From contig CM075977.1 in assembly GCA_038087875.1 (NCBI GenBank), forward strand, positions 336,040,001-336,104,000: 64,000 nt of DNA, read 5' to 3'. Source of the stretch: Malacoraja senta. Taxonomy: Eukaryota. A model generated the notes under the pieces. The model saw only the letters and a program-made list of their open reading frames with translations, ran no database searches and had not been told where the DNA came from. Of this stretch, positions 52,706 through 64,000 are shown in pieces; position 1 is the stretch's first letter, and each line of letters begins with the position of its first letter. The translations under genes and the position numbers were made by a program.

Positions 52706-52820
52706 TATGTATCTAAATGCTTCTGTTCACACTCCTTTTCACTTTTCAATACACAGATTGGTGTGTGTCACATTTTCAATTATCCGTCATATCTCCTGTA
52801 TGACTCGCACCCAAGCCTAC

Positions 52821-52958
52821 CTGTAGCTTTCTGGGCAAATGCAGGTATACCCATTGACTGCATCGATACACTCTGCACTGTTCTTACACTTGTTCTCCTG
52901 GCAGTCATCATAATCAATATCACAATGTTCACCGACATAGCCAGGTGTGCATTCACAT
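52821..52958 (-). CDS. slit2: Slit2 coding exon (calcium-binding EGF repeat)
   Basis: [46 protein letters not shown]; acceptor ttgcag|A, donor AG|gtaggc; 138 nt. Confidence 0.95.
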
Positions 52959-55900
52959 CTGCAAAAGAGAAAGAAATCTCCAAAATACCAAATGCAAGTA
53001 AGATATCCATGAAAAGTTTTCTTAGAAAAGACAAGTCTCTGTTCTGTTCCCATGCACATGAGTTTATTTTCCTAAATAATCCAAATTACATAGCACTGGC
53101 ATTCTGTAGAGTCAATAGTATCTTTTAAGATTCATAACGGACAGAATGGCTTTCATGATTCTCAGAAAACTGGCAATTTTCCTGAGGGAAAGAGATGGGA
53201 AATCAGCAGTAAGTTATTGCAAGATTAACGTTTCAGTTATTGGGAAAAATTAAAACGGTTGATACACTGTTTGTTTAATATGTTTGGGAATAGCTTCATC
53301 AAAGAACACAAGAAATTGCAGAAGGTTGTAGATGTACCCAGACCATCACACAAACCAGCCTCCCTTTCATTGACCATCTACACTTCACATTGCATCGACA
53401 ATGCTGCCAGTACAATTAAGGACCAGTCTCACCCCAGTCACTCCCTCTTCCCCCAGAAGACTTCAATGTTATATCTTTCCACTAAATGTTGTACCCTTTA
53501 TCCTTTAGCTGTGCACTGCGGATGGCCTGATTGTATAGTTTGAAGAAGGGTGTCGACCCGAAACGTCACCCATTCCTTCTCTCCAGACATGCTGCTGGCT
53601 GTCCCGCTGAGTTACTCCAGAATTTTGTGTCTACCTTCCAATGGATAATCTTTGTTTGGCTGGATAGCATTCAAACCAAAGCTTTTCACTGTACCTCGGT
53701 ACATGTGACAATAATAAACTAAATTTATAAAGTTTTAAACTTTAAAACATTTTCTTTCCTTCGTTGGAAGGTTAGCTGATCTGCTGCGAATACAGATCAG
53801 CCTTGATGCCTGTGGTAACACATGTAATGCTGCTGGCAGTGTGCACGGTGTGTACAGCACAAAACAGGACTGCATGCATTGGCGTGCAGAAGTTATTATG
53901 TGGCTGCAGGCAGAAAGGAAATAGTATAGCAGCACCTGCCTAAAGCTGGATGCTTTCCAAACTGCTGTTTTATATCATCAGAACAATGGAAAAGATAGGC
54001 AACTTATTTAATAAGTACACTTTTCAATAATAATAAAGCTGAGGGATGCAGACTTCAACAAAAGATTCAAAAAACAATTTCAATGCAAGGTTCCATTTGA
54101 TACGTTGTAATTAACTAACATTTAGGGAAATTCATTCCTGGCTAATAGTGTGAACCACAACTCATTGTGGCATCAGTACATTGTATTGTCTCCAAAATGT
54201 ATTCCATGGAATTAAAAATATATATTTTGGAGGCTGGGTACATTATCTTCATTCGACAATGGAGCTATGTTTGCTCCACGTAGCCCAATATCCAATATAG
54301 CACCACTTGGGATGAATTTCTAGGCAATGATTTGTAATCCCATATTCTCTCCAACTCTCTTGCAATGCTGAATTACATAATTATTTCATAGGTACCGGAA
54401 ACCCATGAGTGTCAACCTGCTCTGCAAAGGTTAAGTCCATCTTGTCCTCACCCAACAGATGAGTGTGTAATTTTCAGTGTCTGTCCCCATGTAATAATTA
54501 AATTTGCCCTCCTTTTCAATCCCCTGCATACTAAGTTCAACCATATAATTTCGGACTACTGTTTCTGGAGAAATCAGCAAATTCAGAACAGATTAGATTT
54601 CAAAATATGTGAGTTCTGGGTTCTTGGTACTATTACTACCTGTATTTTTACATCAACAAACAAAGTTATCCACAAATGATAATTGTTTAAGAAAGAACTG
54701 CAGATGCTGGAAAAATCGAAGGTAGACAAAAATGCTGAAGAAACTCAGCGGGTGAGGCAGCATCTATGGAGCAAAGGAATAGGTGACATTTCGTCTTGAC
54801 CCGAAACATCACAAAGGATTATTATTATATCTATCATTGTAGTACCTCAGCTTTCCTCTCTTAAAACTACAGTTACATTGAAATGCACAGCTAATTTTTC
54901 CTGGGTACATTGCAATAACCTGCAATAATGGCTTTAAAAAATTGTTTGTTCTTGCAGCTCATATATCTTACTATATTACTTTATTTCACAACTATGATCA
55001 AAGCCAATTTAAGTGCCAATATTGCTAGAGGAAAATAATTAAAGGTAGTCAATTAATTTGAAGCCTATATTAAACCTTAATTAAACTACACTTGATTCCC
55101 TCTCGTGGCCTCTGTTACAAATAGGACATAAGAGCAATGGAAAAAATGAAAATTAAATGATTTACAAAGATGATTAAAATTCTAAGAGGACAAGATAATC
55201 AGAAAAGATTGAATAGGATGTGAATCTTTACTTTGGATATGAGAAAAATAAGAACTGGCCTGATAGAGGTTTTTAAAATTATGAAGGACCTTGACAGGAT
55301 TGACATAGGAATTATGTTTCTATTTATGTAGGTATTTGAAACAGGGCCATACATGTCAGACAGACTAATAAATGATGAATTGCAGAAAAATCTTTTTCAC
55401 AGAGACTAGTGAAAATGTGAAATTTCCCCTTCATGGAGTAATTGAAGGATAAATGTATGGGAAATCTGGATAAGTACATGAAAAAGTAAGAAACAGAAGG
55501 AGACATTGATGGAATTAAATTATGGAGGCCAATTTACTGGATGTCTTCAAGAGAGAGTTAGATTTAGTTCTTTGGGCTAATGGAATCAAGGGATATGGGG
55601 AGAAAGCAAGAACGGGGTACTGATTTTTGGATGATCAGCCATGATCATATTGAATGGCGGTGCTGGCTCGAAGGGCAGAATGGCCTACTCCTGCACTTAT
55701 TTTCTATGTTTCTATGTACAGTAAAAAGGAGCTTATTTTGTGGACACACATTGAAAGGCTGAAAACCCTCCATCTTTTCAGTAAATGGAAATGATAACAG
55801 ACAACTAAAAGAGAGTACGGTTTCATAACTTGCCGTGTTTTTGAAATGAGCAGGAACACAAAGGGGTGGAAATCAGTATGCATTGTATCCATTTTCAAGA

Positions 55901-56526
55901 ACACAATGCAATGATCAATATAGACTTGAGATTGCTCCTTGATATGCCAATGAATCTGTGAGGTATATTTTTGATGGTTGATTAAGATGGATATACAACC
56001 ACTCCCATGTGTGAAAAAGGGTCTATTGCTTCGTGGTGGCTCCTCTGTCTGTGCCAGGATCAGTTGTCAGTCAGCAGATCAGAAGTCGGCTCTACTATAC
56101 TCTCAAACTTCACACTAAGGGTGGTGGGTGTATGGAACGAACAGCCAGATGAGGTAGTTGAGGCAGAGGTATTGCAACATTTAAGAAAGAATTAGATAGC
56201 TACATGGATAGGACAGATTTGGAGGGAGATGGCCAAAACACAGGCAGGTGGGACTAGTGTAGATGGGACATGTTAGTCTGAGTGGGCAGGTTGGGTCGAA
56301 GGGCCTATTTCCATGCTGTTTGACTCTATACTCAGAATCCTTCTTTGGCTGGAAGCACAAAATAACAATGACCAATCTCTACCCCAAGTTGTCTCCTCCT
56401 TTCTCCGAGCATGTAAAATGCCTGTAAATTTTCTCAATCCTTCATTTTTACTGAAGTCAACAGAAGAATTACATGGTGACTAAAAACTGACAGGTCAGTC
56501 ATCCGACAAATAATCCTTCCACGTAC

Positions 56527-56620
56527 TTGAATCCCTTGACAGTCATGATGCATTTGGAGTCGTGCTGGCAAGCGTTCAGCTCCGGGGCACAGAAGTCCAA
56601 TTTCTCTTCACATAGTTCAC
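56527..56620 (-). CDS. slit2: Slit2 coding exon (EGF repeat), most 5' exon visible in the window
   Basis: Manual minus-strand translation [32 protein letters not shown]; acceptor tcatag|G, donor AA|gtacgt; 94 nt; too short for the ORF track; phase matches the next exon. Confidence 0.93.
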
Positions 56621-58865
56621 CTATGACAGAATGAGAAAAGGGCTACAAGTTTATCCCCCATTGTGGCAATGAGATTTAAAATAAATGATCGTGTAACAGA
56701 GGCGAGATCTAAATTACCGTGTGGAAACTATGAGCACTAAAGCTTAAGCAGAAAAAAGGTTGCGATATTCTCCATCTTTCTTAAAACTGCTGATGGAGTT
56801 GGTGTGATGATGGTTTCATTAGACAGAACAAAATACTGAATGTTTTTCTTTGTTGATCTTCCCTAGGTGATTCCTGATACCAGTGTGTTATTCAATCATG
56901 TGAAAAACGATGGATTGCACCAGAGCCAGACAACACCTGTACTCCCAATAGATGGGGCCGCGACATTAGGCAGATTTGAGCTGCCAAATGTTTTCAATCT
57001 CTGCGTACATACCAATTTCCTTGCTCGTTTATAACCGAATGGCTGATCAACTTAATATTCAACGAAGGAAAGCCATATAAGTGGCTCAATTCCTTGCATT
57101 GTTTATATCACCTTGTGAATTATCGCGGTACACAGATGAAGCCACCAATCAATCAGAATATCACATGCAGAGGCATTCAGCGCGCTCCCTTTCCTTCGCT
57201 GTTCTCTGCATGCACACCAAGTGTTTGTGCCATTGAATTGACTTCCTCGCAAACTCTTCCAAACTTATCAAACAGCACTTCATTCAATGCCACTTCTTTA
57301 ATCTATATTCTTTTCATGCAATTGAGTCTAAGTGATCTATGAAGGTCACAGTAAGTAAAGAATTGCTGAGAGTTATTATTCCATGCACGCCGCTCCTAAA
57401 TGGCGCCGAGGGAACATTTCCCCTGAATCTGCATCTTAAAGTCTATCTCAGGTCTGCCTGATGCTGACAATGAATTTAGAAATAGGTGTAGTAAAGAAAC
57501 ATTCTTAAATAGTCCATTCCGCCCGCATCAAGGATGAACTGCTTCCATTCCCATTTTATGGATTCAGTTGTGGTTGATGAGGCCAATTTGGGATCTGCTG
57601 GTTTGTCCGTGGGTGGGGTAGACGGTGATGGATGGCATGGGAGGAGTTGTTTGGTTCTCTGCTCCATTTTTATTTGGCCTTCACCTACCCCCACTAAAGA
57701 GAAGCCCCTTTACTTTTGAGTGACCAGGGAACCCAAAGAGCTGAAGAAGATGTTACATTTTAAGGAAGTTCTGGCAATATCCATGAAGTGTTTTCTTTAC
57801 TTTTAGGCACAATGTCAATGCAGAGAGTCAGGTGTTTTGCACAGGGATGATGAAGCTTGCCCATCTGGTCGGGGTAAGTTGGATTAGATCCTCAATGACA
57901 CAGATGTTGGTCTAGGAGAGAATGCTGATATCCATTCACATGTCCTGCTAAGGAAAGATTTTGAGGCAATAATATTGGTGAATGGACCAGTTTCACTTTT
58001 GTGAATATCAAATATGACTGGGGCATACACATTGGAATAACTCGGAAAGAGAACAGACTGAGAATCCCCTCGTTAACATTTCTAGCATTGGCAGTTTTTC
58101 TTTGTTTAACCCCTTTTGTATTCTCGCCATGGATGTGGCTCTACCTTTCTGTTTGTTTCCTTTTTTCCTATTCCTCTCCAAGTGTTGCTTTTTAAAGTAA
58201 TTGTCATCTTGCCAAATTTGGTCCGCACACACTCATTGACATTCCCTCTGTATTGACTCTGCTCCTTACTATAGGATGAGGGAATAGATGGGGTACATGC
58301 AGAGCCTTTAACCCAGAGGAGGGGAATCAAGAACCTGAGGACATAGGTTTAAGGTGAGAAGGGCAAGTTTGCATCATATATGGAACAAGCTGCCAGAGGA
58401 GGTATTTGAGGCAGATACTGGAATGCTATTTATTGTCATTCAAACCTAGGTTTGAACGAAAACTCATTTACTACAGTTTTTTACATTACAATAAAACCCG
58501 AGACCCACACTTAACACAGTTTACATAAACATCCAGCAAAGTCTTACTACAGCAACATTTAAAATATATTTGGGCAGGAACATGGATAGGAAAGGTTTAG
58601 AGGGATATGTGCCAAACATGGGCAGGTGGGACTAGTATAGATGGGGCATCCTGGTTAGCATGGGCAAGTTGGGCTAAAGGGCATGTTTCCGTGCTGTATG
58701 CCTCTAAGACTATAAACATAACAACATAAAGCATGCTTGTTCTCTCACTTTTTCTGATGAAGGGTACTTCTCACAGAATGCTGATACTGTTTCCCAGTCC
58801 CTGATGCTGCCAGATGTGCTGAATGTTTCCAGCATGCTGGTGAGGTTGTTTTCTGTGCACTAACA

Positions 58866-59658
58866 ACAACAACATGGCCCTTAACTCCAAGAAGACCAAG
58901 GAGCTCATTGTGGACTACAGGAGGTCTAGGGGCTGCACGCACACCCCCATCCATATTAACGGGACGGAGGTGGAACATGTTTCCAGCTTCAGGTTTCTGG
59001 GGGTCAACATCTCTGATGACCTCTCTTGGACCCACAATACATCAACACTGGTCAAGAAGGCTCGCCAGCGTCTCTTCTTCCTGAGGAGACTAAAGAAAGT
59101 CCATCTGTCTTCTCAGATTCTGGTGAACTTCTACCGCTGCACCATCGAGAGCATCCTTACCAACTGCATCACAGTATGGTATGGCAACTGCTCTGTCTCC
59201 GACCGGAAAGCACTGCAGAGGGTGGTGAAAACCGGCCAACGCATCACCGGTTCCTCACTCCCCTCCATCGAGTCTGTCCAAAGCAAGCGATGTCTGCGAA
59301 GGGCGCGCAGCATCGTCATGGACTGCTCTCACCCCAGCCACAGACTGTTTACCCTCCTCCCATCCGGGAGGCGCTACAGGTCCCTCCGTTGCCGAACCAG
59401 CAGGTTCAGGAACAGCTTCTTCCCTGAGGCTGTTACACTACTGAACTCTGCACCTCGGTGATTGCCAGTCACCCCCCCCCCCCCCCCGGACACTCCTTCC
59501 CCCAGAAAAATTGCACCACTGATACTGCTGTACATATATATAATTTACTGCTCATTATTCCTAAATTCGCTCTTCTGGGTGAGATGCTAACTGCATTTCG
59601 TGTCTCTGTACTCTACACTGCACAATGACAATTAAAGATTGAATTGAATTGAATTGAA
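58866..59658 (+). mobile_element. Rex1/Babar-type LINE 3' fragment
   Basis: 195-aa open C-terminus ([27 protein letters not shown]); (GAATT)n tail. Confidence 0.82.
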
Positions 59659-59834
59659 TAATGCGCTCAGGCCAACTGGAATCGTCTGTTTCCAGCAGAC
59701 AGCTAGCTAGAGTTCATTGACAAATTATTCTCTCCTGGATGTGGCTCTACCTTTCTGTTTCAATTTGTTTCCTTTTTTTTCCTTTTTCCTCTCCAATTGT
59801 TTCTTTTTAAAGCAATTGTTTAGTTTAGTTAGAA

Positions 59835-60098
59835 CAGGGGTCTGCAACGTTGTTCTGCATAGGGGCCCAGGACGCATGTCTGTGAGCGGATGGCGGGCCA
59901 CATCTATCACGTGTACACATGGATCCCACCCCCATCCCACCCCAGATGGCAGGCATCAAATCAGGGCCCCGGGAGGTACTGGAGATGATGGAAGTCTGCG
60001 GGCCGGATAATTACGGGGGAAAAAAATACGCCTGCGGGGTGGATGATTTCGGGTTATGGGCCGCATTCGGCCCGGGGGCCGTAGGTTGCCAACCACTG
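59835..60098. mobile_element. hAT (Charlie-like) MITE inserted in a SINE tail
   Basis: Imperfect TIRs CAGGGGTCTGCAAC and GTTGCCAACCACTG; GCGGGCCG subterminal motifs; degenerate TTAGA-containing TSD. Confidence 0.6.
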
Positions 60099-60390
60099 GT
60101 TTAGAGATACAGCGAGGAAACTGGCCCTTCGGCCCACCGAGTCCGCACCGACCAGCAATCCCTGCACATTAACACTACTCTACACACACTAGGGACAATT
60201 TACATTTATACCAAGCCAATTAACCTGCAAACCTGCACATCTTTGGAGTGTGGAGGAAACCGAAGACCTCAGAGAAAACCCACGCAGGTCACGGGCAGAA
60301 CATACAAACTCCTTACAGACAGCACCCCTAGTCGGGATCAAACCTGGGTCTCTGGCGCTGTAAGGCAGCAACTCTACCGCTGTGCCACCC
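60099..60390 (-). mobile_element. tRNA-derived SINE
   Basis: Reverse complement of the 10272-10564 family, with an intact head. Confidence 0.75.
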
Positions 60391-60426
60391 TAAAATGTTA
60401 TCTTGGCAAATTTGGCATGCTCCTTA

Positions 60427-61523
60427 TGCCCCTGTCCCACTTAGGAAACCTGAACGGAAACCTCTGCAGACCTTGCGCCCCACCCAAGGTTTCCATGAGG
60501 TTCCCGGAGGTTTTGGTCACTCTCCCTAATGGTGGAAAGTGGTTTCCGCGTGGTCGAGGCTTCTTCTATGTTCCTGCGATTATTATTATTTTTTTTAAAC
60601 GGCCTCGACTAAAAATAGGTTGCCGTTTGGTCGAAGCCAGTGGAGTGGGGTTGCTATTTACTTACAGGCAGTCAAAGGCAACCTCCTTCGCTGACCGGCC
60701 ATTTTGATTGGCTCATTGGAGTTTTCAGCTAAGATCCTGTAGGATCTTTGGTTTTCAGGACCTAGAAGATCCGCCGGAAGGTAAAATGCCCGCTAACTTT
60801 ATTAAACTTCTTAAAACTGTCTCCACTCCTTCTCCCCTCTTCTCTCCCCCTCTTCTCTCCCCCTCTTCTCTCCCCCTCTTCTCTCCCCCTCTTCTCTCCC
60901 CCTCTTCTCTCCCCCTCTTCTCTCCCCCTCTTCTCTCCCCCTCTTCTCTCCCCCTCTTCTCTCCCCCTCTTCTCTCCCCCTCTTCTCTCCCCCTCTTCTC
61001 TCCCCCTCTTCTCTCCCCCTCTTCTCTCCCCCTCTTCTCTCCCCCTCTTCTCTCCCCCTCTTCTCTCCCCCTCTTCTCTCCCCTCTTCTCTCCCCCTCTT
61101 CTCTCCCCCTCTTCTCTCCCCCTCTTCTCTCCCCCTCTTCTCTCCCCCTCTTCTCTCCCCCTCTTCTCTCCCCCTCTTCTCTCCCCCTCTCTCTCTCCCC
61201 CCTTCCCCCCCCTTCTCTCCCTCCCGCACTCTCTAAAGGACTTACCGTGCTCTGTGGCAGCTGTTTACCTTCCTCTTCATCGCACAGACAGTGCTCCTCC
61301 GCTGTCCCTGGCCCCCACCTTCACGATGTGTTTGTGTGTGTGTGTGTGTGTGTGCGGTCAGTAGCAAAGATCCTGTAGGATCTTTGGTCAGTAGATGCAG
61401 CTCACGCTTTGGTGGAGGCTTTCCAGGCAAGTGACCAAAACTTCTGGCGACTCATGGAAACCTTGGGTGGGGCGCAAGGTCTCCAGATGTTTCCGTTCAG
61501 GTTTCCTAAGTGGGACAGGGGCA
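60427..61523. mobile_element. PIF/Harbinger-like MITE with about 95-bp TIRs
   Basis: TGCCCCTGTCCCACTTAGGAAACCTGAACGGAAAC... inverted at 61430-61523; 3-bp TSD TTA at 60424-60426 and 61524-61526. Confidence 0.8.
60828..61222. repeat. 13-bp pyrimidine tandem repeat (CTCTTCTCTCCCC)n
   Basis: Nearly 30 almost perfect copies inside the MITE. Confidence 0.92.
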
Positions 61524-63837
61524 TTAGAAAGCATCCTAATGTTCCGTGGTCTGTTTGGGAAGTGGTACAATGTGCCCTTGGCTCATGGAAGGGGAAGGGA
61601 AGCTGTGGGAGACAGCAGCTTGCAGGGGTGCAATGGCTGCAGGTCTTGGTGGTGTTGGAGAGAGAAGCCATGGTGGCCGGTGGAGGCTGTACAGCAGCCG
61701 GGTGAGCAAGCAAATGGAGCACCACCTGCAACAGCAGCACAGATCGACATCATGCCAGGCCAGGCCAGGCCAGGCCGACCCCTATATCATCGATCCAGTG
61801 CTGCCAGGACACCAGGCCTTAAAGTGAGAAAATAAGAGATGCCTATCTCCGGCCAAAATCAGGCTTGATTTCACAGACTAAGGACTTGCAAGTTACAAGA
61901 TTTAGCTCTTAGGGCTAAAGGAATCAAGGGATATGAGGAAAAGCCGGAACGGGGTACTGATTTTAGATGATCAGCCATGATCACATTGAATGGCGGTGCT
62001 GGCTCGAAAGGCCGAATGGCCTACTCCTGCACCTATGTTTCTATGTTTCTAAGATGACACCGGAGCATGGCAACTCTATGCATGCTGTCCTAGAAGAGGA
62101 TCTACAATTATCCGCTACAATCATTCCACCCTTATACGTGTGCATGATTGTACACTTGGTATGATTTGACTGGATAGTAGGCAGAACAAAACTTTTCACT
62201 GTATCTCAGTACATTTGACAATAATAAACTAAACATTTCTAAAGTGGGATGGCACAGAGGCAATATTCATAATTTATGATTCCAATGAGAAAGTATGTGC
62301 ATCAAAAGAAAAATCACACTTTGTACTCAGTTTGAGGTAAAATCATCGTGAAGGAGCAGCTTCACGATGACAAAAGCAATTTGTCAATAGCTCAACACTA
62401 TGTGAAAAAACTCCACCTGATATCATCAGCACTGCCACCTGCTAATGCTGAATCCACAATGATCATTTAACAAGCCAGTGCTGATGTAAATTAAAGTTTT
62501 TTATGCTGGTGGCTACACTCGAAACAAATTCCATGTTGAAAGGTGTTGATGTGTAATCTCACAAGTGCATTCCTCACCTATAATCCCCAATGAAATGTTA
62601 TTACTAATAATTGCTTTAAGACCACCAACATCCTGCCGACAATTATATTTTGGCACTTCTCCCTCTCTAGTGTCAACAAGAATCTTAAGTCAAGCGAGTT
62701 AAAGCATTTTTCATCTCCCCCAATATCCAGAGTATAATATTCTCCACAGATGTTATACCCTGACTAAGACGTGGAAAGGCGAGGTAAAGCATTTTTTGAA
62801 ATCCCCCCAATATCCAATTCAATGTTTCTACTTCACAGATGTTATACCCTGATTAAAACAACTACTCATAAAGCACAGGATGTCCTTCTGGCCTTTCACA
62901 GAAGTGCTGGGGAATCTATGAGGCTTGCTGACTGCTAATTTCCAAAGATATTAAAAGCTGTTATGGACCAGATTGACAACATTTCTCAAAAAGTACAAAA
63001 TGACCAAGGGGAAGGAATGGGAGGAAAGTATTTGAATATTAGAAAGATGATCTGAATGCCCATCTCAAGCAAGTGAGAACACATCACTGCACGTAACTAT
63101 TAAAATATATACTAGCGATAGTAATTATGATGAAGATGACTATTGACCAGAAGCAGATGATGATTCTGTTCATTCTGGATTGTGCAGTATAACATTATTA
63201 TTAAAGGTACTCTGCAGGCATCAAATAGCAAGTAATAGCAAGTAATAACAAGGACGGTGAGTACTATGGGGGACCCGGTTGGGGGTGGGGTGGGGAGGGG
63301 ATGATGAAGGGATGACTACGTTATGTAACTTTGTCGGCGGATTTGTGGCAACTTTTTTGTGTACTTTGTATGCCAAAACAAAGAATTTCACTGCACCTAG
63401 CTAGGTACAAGTTACAATAAAATATCATCATCATCGTCAAGTAACTTCTATTATTAATAAATAAACAAACTATAATGGCTGATTTATTCAAATAGTTCCT
63501 AGGCTTGTGATTTAGGATCTTTCTCACAAAAAACTAACTGTATACAGTTTGTGAAAATCTCCTGAGAAACAGAACCTAACATGATATGTGAACATAGGGA
63601 GCACAGCTCTTTCTAGAGACACCAACTGAACTTGAAGATAGAACAACTGGACTATTTAAAATAAGAAAAGGCATGTATGAAGCATGGGCAGGTGTGGAAT
63701 GAAGCCTGTGGTTCCATTCTACCCACATGGGATGACAGTTTGTTTCTTTAACAACATCGTATTATTCAGACCATTATTTTTAGAAGTAAGTAGAAAAGAT
63801 TAAACCCGACTCTGCCTGTCCTTGGTTAGATATATGC

Positions 63838-63928
63838 ATAGTCTGAAGAAGGGTCTCGACCCGAAACATCTCCTTCTCTCCAGAGATGCTGCCTGTCCCG
63901 CTGTGTTACTGCAGCATTTTGTGTCTGC
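63838..63928 (+). repeat. Penelope-type terminal fragment with hammerhead-like motif
   Basis: CTGAAGA-A-GGGTC-TC-GACCC-GAAA-CATC at 63843-63870. Confidence 0.6.
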
Positions 63929-64000
63929 ATAGATTATTATCTTGGCACAAATGTCATGACACATACACTGTAAAATATTTATTGGCTGTTTTGGATTTGG

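Noticed and set aside
56621-64000. Further upstream slit2 exons or miR-218
   Set aside because: No EGF/LRR-coding segment with splice sites and no miR-218 sequence recognised; these presumably lie beyond the window.

Overview
Eukaryotic (vertebrate) genomic DNA. The repeat content (tRNA-derived SINEs with CR1-like tails, CR1, Rex1/Babar, L1, Penelope-type tails) suggests a cartilaginous fish, probably a skate or ray (inference). The only host gene I can support is the 3' part of slit2 on the minus strand: eight phase-consistent GT-AG coding exons between 56620 and the stop at 25453, about 500 aa (EGF repeats, PRT/SP processing site, laminin-G domain, three more EGFs, C-terminal cystine knot). 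Most of the rest is decayed and often nested transposable elements. Highlights: (1) three related non-autonomous Helitrons, two of which carry a captured fragment of HTRA2/Omi exon 1, one with the splice donor intact; (2) repeated Penelope-type tails containing minimal hammerhead-ribozyme cores; (3) an inverted, apparently transduced duplication bracketing the penultimate slit2 exon; (4) a CGGBP1-like/hAT transposase relic; (5) a full-length decayed L1 and a solo LTR, both with target-site duplications; (6) Tc1, LINE and SINE copies that are candidates for horizontal transfer. Family names rest on recalled motifs, not on database searches.
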